Below are positions 10,324-17,818 of a stretch of 64,000 nucleotides of DNA, one piece after another. The DNA lies in NCBI GenBank assembly GCA_001029675.1, contig CP011210.1:384427-448426 (forward strand), written 5' to 3'. Source of the stretch: Candidatus Beckwithbacteria bacterium GW2011_GWC1_49_16 (GTDB lineage: Bacteria; Patescibacteriota; Microgenomatia; UBA1400; CG1-02-47-37). How positions within the stretch are numbered: the first letter of the stretch is position 1; each line of letters starts with the position of its first letter. The notes under the pieces were generated by a model, which did no database searches, was not told the DNA's origin, and was given only the letters and a program-made list of their open reading frames with translations. The translations under genes and the position numbers were made by a program.

Positions 10324-11904
10324 ATGATCAAATACATCGCTTACTGCCGAAAATCAACTGATGAAAAAGACAAACAAATCATGTCTATTGAACAACAAAT
10401 GGAGGAATTGAAAGCATTTGCTCAAAGAGAGAATTTGGAAATTTCACAATTTCTGACAGAAGCGGAAACCGCGAAAGTTCCCGGACGACCAATTTTCAAT
10501 TCTCTTATTACCTTAATTGAAAAAGGACTTATCAACGGAATTATCAGTTGGCACCCGGACAGACTAGCTAGAAATTCAATTGATGGCGGAAAAATAATTT
10601 ATCTAGTCGATACTGGAAAATTACAAGCCCTAAAATTCCCGTCTTTTTGGTTTGAGAATACCCCGCAAGGAAAATTTATGCTTTCAATTGCTTTTGGTCA
10701 GTCAAAGTATTATGTGGATAATCTTTCCGAAAATGTTAAACGAGGATTGTATTTCAAACTTCGCCGTGGAGATTGGCCGTCTTACGCGCCATTAGGATAC
10801 AAAAACGATAGAAACACAAGGAGCGTGATGATAGAACCGCGCTCTGCGCGGCTAGTAAAAGAGGCATTCAAAAACTTTGCCTCGGGCGAATTTTCTTCAA
10901 TGAAAGATATTCGTGATCTATTTTTCAAAAACGAGATAACTCGTAGAAATGGAAAGCCTTTACATTTTAACCAAATTAGAGAAATGCTTCAGCGGACCTT
11001 TTATTATGGTTTGATGACGTATCGCGGAGAAACCTACGAAGGAAAACACAGGCCACTCATAACCAAAAAACTTTTTGATGAAGTGCAGAAAGTTTTGGAG
11101 AAGAAATATAACAGGAAACCGCAGAAACACGATTTTGCGTTTACTGGCTTTATCAAATGTAAAGAGTGCGACAGTTTCTTCACCGCTGAAAAACACAAAA
11201 AGTTTTATCCCAAAACCAGAGGCGAAGTTTGGTACACCTATTACCGTTGTGTAAAGAAAAAAGGTGTTTGCTCACAACCGTATTTACCAGAATCAGAACT
11301 TGAGAAACAATTACGAGATTTAATTGGCAGTGTTTCTCTCTCCGAAGTATTGGCAAACAAACTTTTGGCGATGGCAGAAAAGGACGGAGAGAAAGAAAAG
11401 CAGTTCGCCGTTGGCGAACTCCAAAAACTCTCATTTTCTCTAACTGAAATTGAAAAGAAACTGGATAAACTTCTCGAAAGCTATTTGGAAGAGATTGTTG
11501 ACACTGAAAGTTATCAAAGGAAAAAAGACGAGTTGCTTCAAATTAAAAAACTTTTGCAAGAGGAAATCGAGGAAATTAAGACCAAAGGTTCGAGTTGGCT
11601 CGAACCACTCAAAGAATTTATAAAAGAGGCCGCTGATGCGGCTAAAATCGCGCGCGCAAAAAATAATTGCAAAGATCTGGCGATCTTTGCAAAAAAAGTC
11701 GGCTCGAACTACTTCTTAAATGACAAGCGGCTCGAATTTTCCCTGTCCGAAGCCTCTGCGGCGCTGGCCGTGAGGGCGGGCGCGGCCAGCGCCTACCCTT
11801 CCGATCTCCTTTTGTGCCGAGGACAGGAGTTGAACCTGCACGGGCAAAGCCCACTACGTCCTCAACGTAGCCTGTCTACCAGTTCCAGCACCTCGGCATG
11901 TTAA
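10324..11904 (+). CDS. large serine recombinase (resolvase catalytic domain + recombinase domain + zinc ribbon + coiled coil)
   Basis: Catalytic motif YCRKSTDEKDKQ..SIEQQ, Cys cluster CKECD...YYRC, and a C-terminal coiled coil. Start is taken at MIKYIAYC, matching the paralog at 13311-14837. The open frame has no stop until 11904, so its tail is encoded by repeat B' and the antisense of tRNA-Leu(GAG) and is probably fortuitous. Confidence 0.8.
   Translation: MIKYIAYCRKSTDEKDKQIMSIEQQMEELKAFAQRENLEISQFLTEAETAKVPGRPIFNSLITLIEKGLINGIISWHPDRLARNSIDGGKIIYLVDTGKLQALKFPSFWFENTPQGKFMLSIAFGQSKYYVDNLSENVKRGLYFKLRRGDWPSYAPLGYKNDRNTRSVMIEPRSARLVKEAFKNFASGEFSSMKDIRDLFFKNEITRRNGKPLHFNQIREMLQRTFYYGLMTYRGETYEGKHRPLITKKLFDEVQKVLEKKYNRKPQKHDFAFTGFIKCKECDSFFTAEKHKKFYPKTRGEVWYTYYRCVKKKGVCSQPYLPESELEKQLRDLIGSVSLSEVLANKLLAMAEKDGEKEKQFAVGELQKLSFSLTEIEKKLDKLLESYLEEIVDTESYQRKKDELLQIKKLLQEEIEEIKTKGSSWLEPLKEFIKEAADAAKIARAKNNCKDLAIFAKKVGSNYFLNDKRLEFSLSEASAALAVRAGAASAYPSDLLLCRGQELNLHGQSPLRPQRSLSTSSSTSAC
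11728..11817. repeat. Inverted repeat B, right arm
   Basis: Reverse complement of 10171-10260. Overlaps the last 3 nt of tRNA-Leu(GAG). Confidence 0.9.
11815..11897 (-). tRNA. tRNA-Leu (anticodon GAG), class II
   Basis: Manual fold: acceptor GCCGAGG/CCTCGGC, anticodon loop TTGAGGA, T-loop GGTTCAACTCC. Confidence 0.75.
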
Positions 11905-11906
11905 AG

Positions 11907-11991
11907 TGCCACGGGTGAGAGTCGAACTCACACGAGCCAAAGGCCCACACGCTCCTGAAGCGTGCCTGTCTGCCAGTTCCAGCACCGTGGC
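11907..11991 (-). tRNA. tRNA-Leu (anticodon CAG), class II
   Basis: Manual fold: acceptor GCCACGG/CCGTGGC, anticodon loop TTCAGGA, T-loop GGTTCGACTCTC. Confidence 0.8.
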
Positions 11992-12042
11992 CCAAACCAA
12001 ACTTAAAGATATTTTAGCACAATCTGGTATACTAGAAGCCGA

Positions 12043-12115
12043 GGCAGGGTAGCCAAGGCGGTCACGGCGGGCGTCTGAAAAACGTCAGATACTGGTTCGA
12101 TTCCAGTCCCTGCCA
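12043..12115 (+). tRNA. tRNA-Phe (anticodon GAA)
   Basis: Manual fold: acceptor GGCAGGG/CCCTGCC, anticodon stem GGCGT/ACGTC with loop CTGAAAA, T-arm ACTGG-TTCGATT-CCAGT. Confidence 0.75.
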
Positions 12116-12123
12116 CAGACGGA

Positions 12124-12912
12124 ATGAGTAAAGACCACCAAACATTGAATGAATTCGTTAACCGTTTCTGGTATGTGCCTTCTGATATAGTGGCTAGACT
12201 AGCTGAGGCCTTGGTTTGGCAGGAACGCAGTTTTAAAAAACCAGTTTTAGACATTGGCTGCGGTGATGGCAGTATTGGTGAGTTGATTTTTAAAGGTAAA
12301 GTAATTGACATGGGGATAGATTTAAATCAGAAAGCCATTGAGACAGCGGCTGACAGCGATGTTTATAAAAAGACGAGAGCGGCCGATGCGACCAAATTGC
12401 CCTTTAAAAACAACAGCTATCAAACAGTGGTCAGCAACAGCACCTTTGAACACATTAACGACGATGTGCAAGCGGTCAAAGAAGCTTATCGAGTCTTAGA
12501 GCCTGGCGGTTATTTGTATTTGACTGTGCCGACGGATAAGTTTGAAGCAGCCGTTGCCAGGTTAGCCAGAACAGAGAAGAATTTAGCCAGAATTAATCAA
12601 AGGCTGGCACATTATCACTATCACAGTTTAAAGGACTGGAGAGTAATTTTAAAAAGGACCGGTTTTCAAACAGTTGAATTTAAGTATTTTTTCCCGGAGA
12701 GAATGGTCAATGTTTGGTATAGATTTTTTCGGCTAGTCACTTTTAAGCCAAATAAAAGGGAGTTGTGGTCTTATTTGAGCGACGATCGTTTTAAAAGGTT
12801 TATGCCAAAGAAATTGATAAAGGTGATTCTGTTTAAATATTTTCAAGGTTTTTATGGTGATTTATTCTCAAAGAAGGGTTGTTTGTTGTTTATCAAAGCG
12901 CTTAAGCGATGA
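12124..12912 (+). CDS. class I SAM-dependent methyltransferase
   Basis: Motif I VLDIGCGDGSIGE, plus the later acidic and LEPGG motifs of Methyltransf_11-type enzymes. Confidence 0.75.
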   Translation: MSKDHQTLNEFVNRFWYVPSDIVARLAEALVWQERSFKKPVLDIGCGDGSIGELIFKGKVIDMGIDLNQKAIETAADSDVYKKTRAADATKLPFKNNSYQTVVSNSTFEHINDDVQAVKEAYRVLEPGGYLYLTVPTDKFEAAVARLARTEKNLARINQRLAHYHYHSLKDWRVILKRTGFQTVEFKYFFPERMVNVWYRFFRLVTFKPNKRELWSYLSDDRFKRFMPKKLIKVILFKYFQGFYGDLFSKKGCLLFIKALKR

Positions 12913-12945
12913 TATAATGCCTAAGCTAATTAGTGAGTTTAAAGT

Positions 12946-13018
12946 GCGGGAGTAGCTCAGCTGGTAGAGCGTCTCGTTGCCAACGAGAAGGTCGCGGGTT
13001 CGAATCCCGTCTCCCGCT
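12946..13018 (+). tRNA. tRNA-Gly (anticodon GCC)
   Basis: Manual fold: acceptor GCGGGAG/CTCCCGC, anticodon loop TTGCCAA, T-loop GGTTCGAATCC. Confidence 0.9.
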
Positions 13019-13049
13019 CAAAACTGATTTCTTGTGGTAAAATTAGCCT

Positions 13050-13241
13050 ATGGTGTTAGGTAAAAGTCCGGAGTCCAGGCCGGGAGGCGACGGGCAGAGC
13101 CCGGAAGCGCCCGAGAAGCAGATTAAAAAGTCTTCGGCGCCGTCACCGTTGTCTTTAAAAGAGATCGCTTGGACTGCTGATAATGAGCTTAAGTTTCAGA
13201 TGGGCAATATGCACGGCGAGGTGCCGGTGAAGAAACCTTAA
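13050..13241 (+). CDS. hypothetical small protein (63 aa) between two tRNAs
   Basis: ORF only. Low complexity (Pro/Ser/Glu-rich). Confidence 0.2.
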   Translation: MVLGKSPESRPGGDGQSPEAPEKQIKKSSAPSPLSLKEIAWTADNELKFQMGNMHGEVPVKKP

Positions 13242-13270
13242 GGTTAAGATTTTGTTATAATTATCCCACT

Positions 13271-13339
13271 GCCGGATGGTGAAATGGCATCACAGAGGCC
13301 TTTGAAGCCTTTATTCTAGGTTCGAATCCTGGTCCGGCA
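13271..13339 (+). tRNA. tRNA-Gln (anticodon TTG), slightly atypical short D-arm
   Basis: Acceptor GCCGGAT/GTCCGGC, anticodon loop CTTTGAA, T-loop GGTTCGAATCC. At 69 nt the fold is a little irregular. Confidence 0.55.
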
Positions 13340-14837
13340 ACAGATTGGAATTTTTTTCAGAATTTTTCGCGTCGGTGGGGCGCGACGCGAATACATTCCA
13401 GCCTGGTGAGACGTAATTTACCAAGAGTTTTTGATTGTCTAAAAACAGGTTCGAGCTGACAGTTTTTGCCATGAATGCTAATTCAGGGCCATTATTTTTT
13501 GCGCGCATTGTTTTCCAGGCGTGAAGCGCCTGGTCTGTCCAATTAGAAAAAGGTTCGAGCCAAGAGTTGCCTGTGATGTTAATCTCCTTGAGTTTTTCTT
13601 GTAAGCCGGCCTTGGCTTGGATTAGTTCGTTTTTCTTGTCCTGGTAGCTTTGGGGATCAATCAGCTGGTCTAAGTAGGCATTGAGCAACCGGTCAAGCTT
13701 GGTTTCGATTGTCTTCAATTCATTATTTAAACCGTTAATTTCCGCCACGCTTTTGAGCTTGGCAGTTTGGCGGTCTTTTTCCAGCCAGGCAAGAAACTTT
13801 TTGTAGGCGGTCGGGGCTAAACTGACTTTTTGGATAATCTGCCTCATTTGAGTTTCCAGCTCTTTTTTAGGAGTATACCGCTGGTTACATTTACCTTTCT
13901 TTTTAGAACAACGGTAATAAGTATAAGTAACGGTATTGTTTGTCCGAGGGTAAAACTTGGTATGGGTTTCAGCGGTGATTGATGAACCGCATTCTCGGCA
14001 TTTAATCAATCCTAAAAAGTCAAACCCGGATTTAATGGAATTTTCCTGCCGTGAATGCTGTTTGACGATTTTTTGACAGCGGTCAAAAAGTTTCTTAGAA
14101 ATTAACGGCAGGTGGTTTCCGGCAAAGAGTTCGCCGCCAAAATTCATCAAGCCATAATAAAAGGGGTTAGATAAAATCCGCCGGGAAATGCTATCCAAAT
14201 GGATCGGTTTTCCCGCCCGGCTGAAAACCTTGTTTTGGCTCAAAAATCGCCGCATATCCACGTAAGTATAGCGGCCGGTAGCAAATAGCCTGAAGGCTTT
14301 GGCTATAAACTTGGCGCGGTTGGGGTCAACCACGATAGTTTTATCCGCTTTGTTGTTTAGGTAGCCAAGTGGGGCTTTGTTAGGCCAGTCGCCGCGCCTA
14401 AGTTTTTGCCGATTCCCCCGCTTAACATTTTCGGAAAGATTATCCACATAATACTTGGCTTCGGAAAAGGCCATGGAGATCATGAATTTGCCCTGCGGTG
14501 TATTGTCAAACCAGAAGGTGGGAAACTTTAGGTCAAGTAACTTGCCGGTATCCAGAAGGTAAATAATCTGGCCGCCGTCAATCGAGTTTCTGGCCAGCCG
14601 ATCGGGATGCCAGGCTAAAATTCCTTGGATCTCCCCCGCTTCAATTAATTGAATTAGTTGGTTAAATTCCACTCTACCAGGAATTTTGGCGGTTTTTGAT
14701 TCGGTGATAAATTTAACAATCTGTAAGTTTTCCCGTTGGGCGAACTCTTTTAATTCTTCAATCTGGCTTTCGATTGATAGCACCTGTTTATCTTTTTCGT
14801 CGGTACTTTTTCGACAGTAGGCGATGTATTTAATCAT
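13311..14837 (-). CDS. large serine recombinase, paralog of 10324-11904
   Basis: N-terminus MIKYIAYCRKSTDEKDKQVLSIESQ, zinc ribbon CRECGS...YYRC, coiled coil. The last ~35 codons lie in repeat C, and the final 8 codons plus the stop overlap the 3' end of tRNA-Gln. Confidence 0.85.
   Translation of the reverse strand: MIKYIAYCRKSTDEKDKQVLSIESQIEELKEFAQRENLQIVKFITESKTAKIPGRVEFNQLIQLIEAGEIQGILAWHPDRLARNSIDGGQIIYLLDTGKLLDLKFPTFWFDNTPQGKFMISMAFSEAKYYVDNLSENVKRGNRQKLRRGDWPNKAPLGYLNNKADKTIVVDPNRAKFIAKAFRLFATGRYTYVDMRRFLSQNKVFSRAGKPIHLDSISRRILSNPFYYGLMNFGGELFAGNHLPLISKKLFDRCQKIVKQHSRQENSIKSGFDFLGLIKCRECGSSITAETHTKFYPRTNNTVTYTYYRCSKKKGKCNQRYTPKKELETQMRQIIQKVSLAPTAYKKFLAWLEKDRQTAKLKSVAEINGLNNELKTIETKLDRLLNAYLDQLIDPQSYQDKKNELIQAKAGLQEKLKEINITGNSWLEPFSNWTDQALHAWKTMRAKNNGPELAFMAKTVSSNLFLDNQKLLVNYVSPGWNVFASRPTDAKNSEKNSNLLPDQDSNLE
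13341..13418. repeat. Inverted repeat C, left arm (78 bp; internal hairpin TCGCGTCG...CGACGCGA)
   Basis: Reverse complement of 15300-15377 with one mismatch. Starts 1 nt after the discriminator base of tRNA-Gln. Confidence 0.9.
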
Positions 14838-15252
14838 TTTTTTTAATCCAACTAGACAATATTATCCCAATTAGAATTGTTAATGATATTGAGATTAAAA
14901 TATTACATATTGGTATCAGATTAAATACCGTCTGTAATGTTTGTAATAAAGTAAAAAATATGGCAATAAAACTTAGTGAAAGTGTGGTTCTTTGTAAACT
15001 AATATTTGTTTTTTCTAGTTTTTGACTTTGTTCATTAAGACTTTTTATTGTTGAGTTTAATCTCCGAAGTTTAATGTCTAGCTTTAACATCAATCCTATA
15101 TTTGTGATAAAACTGAAAACTTGCCAACCCTCTGGTGTGTTACTTTTAAGCCCAGCGTTTGTGCGCACATCTTGGGCAAGTTTGAGAATTTCTTCAAAAG
15201 GAAAGTCTTTGATTTTCTTTAAACGCTCGTCTATCGGAATTTCTTTATTCAT
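14830..15252 (-). CDS. hypothetical protein with a C-terminal TM segment, overlapping the recombinase start by 8 nt
   Basis: 140 aa ORF. N-terminal soluble part, then a hydrophobic tail. Confidence 0.45.
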   Translation of the reverse strand: MNKEIPIDERLKKIKDFPFEEILKLAQDVRTNAGLKSNTPEGWQVFSFITNIGLMLKLDIKLRRLNSTIKSLNEQSQKLEKTNISLQRTTLSLSFIAIFFTLLQTLQTVFNLIPICNILISISLTILIGIILSSWIKKND

Positions 15253-15299
15253 AGTTTTTTAAAATATTGCGTTTTCTTTTCCTGTTTTTATTTCCTTTT

Positions 15300-15377
15300 A
15301 ATTACGTTTCACCAGGCTGGAATGTATTCGCGTCGCGCCCCACCGACGCGAAAAATTCTGAAAAAAATTCCAATCTG
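15300..15377. repeat. Inverted repeat C, right arm
   Basis: Reverse complement of 13341-13418. Directly contiguous with repeat D. Confidence 0.9.
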
Positions 15378-15481
15378 TTGACAGTTTACCGAAAAGTTCG
15401 AACTTCTTTCCAGCAAATTGTTAAATGATTGGCTCGGCCGCTGCGTGGCCTCGCCTTTTTGGCACTCGCTTCGCTCGTGCC
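15378..15481. repeat. Inverted repeat D, left arm (104 bp, hairpin-rich)
   Basis: Exact reverse complement of 16711-16814. Confidence 0.9.
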
Positions 15482-15586
15482 TTGAAAACTGTCAGCTCGA
15501 AGCAGATTACTATCTGCTAAAAGAAAACGCAAAATTTTTAAAGAGCTAGATCAATTTGAATACATTAAGTAGTATAATAGATTGAT

Positions 15587-16324
15587 ATGTGGGTAACAAT
15601 ACTTGTAATTGCCATTATCCTTTATTACTTCTATTACAAATTAGAAAAAAGGGTTAATTTTCTTGAAAAAAGCAAAGGCCCAGGATATTCTGTTCGTTTT
15701 CGAATAGATGCTCATAATGCGGTTATAAAACACAAAATGCTTGGCAAGCTTACAAATATTCAAAGCGCAATAAAAGGAAAAGATTACAGTAGCTGGACTG
15801 AAACTGAAAAAAGTAAGTTAAGAAAAATTTACAAAAAATCACTTGATAAAAGTATCGTTGATATTACCTATTTAGCTTCAGAAAACGCTTATTTTATAAA
15901 TGATGGGCATAAAACTAATATTGTGTTAAGAGATGAAATAAGTACGTTAATATACTCTTCATTTGTAATTGGAGACGAAAATACAATTGAATCACCTGTC
16001 ATTGAATTTTCAGTTTATGAAAGATTAGTGAAAGAGGGTAAAAATAACTATAAATGGGTATTAGCTCCATGTCTTGAATATCGTGAAAATATGCTTGATT
16101 TAGAAAAGAAAAATGACCAAATTGACATACTGTTTGAATTTCCACTTTATGAAAACCATGATGAACAAAAAATGAAACAGTTGGGATTTAAAGTTACTAC
16201 CAATAAAGATTACCCGGAAGGATGTAAAGATATTTTCGGGAAAGAGTTTGCGTTTACTCAAAGTATCTATGAAAAAAATGGAGTTGAATTAAAATATTTT
16301 ACAATGTATACAAGCTTGAATTAA
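15587..16324 (+). CDS. hypothetical protein with an N-terminal TM helix (AT-rich)
   Basis: 245 aa ORF with no recognisable motif. Confidence 0.45.
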   Translation: MWVTILVIAIILYYFYYKLEKRVNFLEKSKGPGYSVRFRIDAHNAVIKHKMLGKLTNIQSAIKGKDYSSWTETEKSKLRKIYKKSLDKSIVDITYLASENAYFINDGHKTNIVLRDEISTLIYSSFVIGDENTIESPVIEFSVYERLVKEGKNNYKWVLAPCLEYRENMLDLEKKNDQIDILFEFPLYENHDEQKMKQLGFKVTTNKDYPEGCKDIFGKEFAFTQSIYEKNGVELKYFTMYTSLN

Positions 16325-16336
16325 TTATAAACTTTT

Positions 16337-16600
16337 ATGACAAAGGATTTTACAAATTATTGTGATGATTCTGGACAAAAAATTTATGTTGGAGATCTAG
16401 TTACATTAGCATCTCCCCTCAAAAATGAAATTGATAAAATAAACATTTTTAAAGTTGTAAAAGGTAAAAACGATTACGAAATTGTATTTTACAAAGGATC
16501 AATGAGTAGTACAGATAGAAATTACCGACAAAAATTATCCGGAGCATATAAAGTAATTGGCAATATTAAAACAGGGATTGATGAGAGTTTGTTAGAGTAG
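16337..16600 (+). CDS. hypothetical small protein (87 aa)
   Basis: ORF 13 nt downstream of the previous gene. Confidence 0.4.
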   Translation: MTKDFTNYCDDSGQKIYVGDLVTLASPLKNEIDKINIFKVVKGKNDYEIVFYKGSMSSTDRNYRQKLSGAYKVIGNIKTGIDESLLE

Positions 16601-16710
16601 ATCTTGGTTATAGGCATTAGATTTGAATGTTATAATAACTTTATTAGTAATAAAGCGATCAGAAAACTCGCCCGTAAGGGCGAGCAATGCGCGCAAAAAA
16701 TAATGTAAAG

Positions 16711-16814
16711 GCACGAGCGAAGCGAGTGCCAAAAAGGCGAGGCCACGCAGCGGCCGAGCCAATCATTTAACAATTTGCTGGAAAGAAGTTCGAACTTTTC
16801 GGTAAACTGTCAAC
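16711..16814. repeat. Inverted repeat D, right arm
   Basis: Reverse complement of 15378-15481. Followed by two tight GC hairpins (CCCCGG-AGTGA-CCGGGG and AAGCCC-GAAA-GGGCTT). Confidence 0.9.
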
Positions 16815-16943
16815 CAACACGTGCACCCCGGAGTGACCGGGGTTCCTAAAAAGCCCGAAAGGGCTTGCTAAAACCCCAATTGTTTCTCCGAGATTCGAAC
16901 AATAAGAATACTTAATCTAGACGCAATATGTAAAAAACCAAAC

Positions 16944-17816
16944 ATGACAGATTTTTCAAACAAACTAACTACTAATGATATCCTCGAGAATGATCAATTA
17001 AGGTCTCAATACATACATAGAATAATTCGGAGAGGTAATAGAAATGTTCCTAAAAGTGATGCACCGGTTATTCCTTACTTATTAGTTCAATATTGGAATG
17101 ATTCATCCGCAATTCCTTCCGATGTTCAAAAATGTATTGATAGCTGGAAGCTTTTAGAAAAATTTGGTTTTAGACATCTTCTGTTTGATGACAAGAGCGC
17201 ACAAAAGTTTATCGAAGAGAATCTTAGCATACACTATTTAAAGGCATTTAGAAGGTGTAATCATCCCGCGATGAGATCTGATTATTTTCGCTTATGCTTC
17301 ATATTGGTTAATGGAGGTTTTTATTCCGATGCCGATGATGTTTATAAAGGTAGTGATTTCAAGTCATATTTTTACGATGAAAGACTAAAGCTTCAACCAC
17401 TCTGTTACAATCTGTTGACTAATTCGATGATTAAAATTTCTGATTCCGTATTGGCTCCCTGCGATTCAAAAGAACTAATATTTTACGTTAACAATAATCC
17501 CATTATTGCGCCACCTAACAACCCAGTTATTTATATGGCTCTTGAAAGAGCTACTCAAACGTTACTAAATCAATTTAAGGGAGATAAACAAGATGTGCAG
17601 TCAACGACTGGACCTGGAAATTTGACCATTAGTCTAGCTCGACACGAAATTGAAACAGATCAAGATAATATGGACTTAGACTTTATGTTCCTTGCTGACT
17701 GGGATGAAATTGCACTTAGCCAGTGGCCACTAGAATATAGATTTGATAAAAGAAACTGGAGGTTATGGGATGGACTTGAAAAAGAAATTAATAAAAGAAA
17801 GGCGGACGTTAAATAA
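16944..17816 (+). CDS. glycosyltransferase, GT32-like (DXD sugar-binding region)
   Basis: Motif RSDYFRLCFILVNGGFYSDADDV, typical of the Gly_transf_sug / OCH1-type DXD region. Confidence 0.55.
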   Translation: MTDFSNKLTTNDILENDQLRSQYIHRIIRRGNRNVPKSDAPVIPYLLVQYWNDSSAIPSDVQKCIDSWKLLEKFGFRHLLFDDKSAQKFIEENLSIHYLKAFRRCNHPAMRSDYFRLCFILVNGGFYSDADDVYKGSDFKSYFYDERLKLQPLCYNLLTNSMIKISDSVLAPCDSKELIFYVNNNPIIAPPNNPVIYMALERATQTLLNQFKGDKQDVQSTTGPGNLTISLARHEIETDQDNMDLDFMFLADWDEIALSQWPLEYRFDKRNWRLWDGLEKEINKRKADVK

Positions 17817-17818
17817 AC

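Larger units (their letters stand above)
10171..11817. mobile_element. Module B: inverted-repeat-bounded unit containing only a large serine recombinase gene; right end coincides with the tRNA-Leu(GAG) 3' end
   Basis: 90-bp perfect terminal inverted repeats. The single cargo gene is a recombinase. It directly abuts module A on the left and the tRNA on the right. Confidence 0.55.
13341..15377. mobile_element. Module C: inverted-repeat-bounded unit with a large serine recombinase and an upstream 140-aa membrane ORF; left end coincides with the tRNA-Gln 3' end
   Basis: 78-bp terminal inverted repeats. Cargo is a recombinase plus one small gene. Abuts the tRNA on one side and module D on the other. 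Confidence 0.55.
15378..16814. other. Module D: inverted-repeat-bounded cassette carrying two AT-rich ORFs and no recombinase
   Basis: 104-bp perfect inverted repeats flank 15587-16600. The cargo is only about 30% GC. Confidence 0.5.

Noticed and set aside
12003-12311. 102-aa minus-strand ORF
   Set aside because: It overlaps tRNA-Phe and the 5' end of the plus-strand SAM methyltransferase, which has clear motifs.
9490-16900. Possible CRISPR array or integron attC sites suggested by the repeat-rich tRNA region
   Set aside because: The repeats are unique inverted pairs, not direct repeats with unique spacers. No cas genes are present, and no tyrosine integron integrase or attC R''/L'' organisation was seen.
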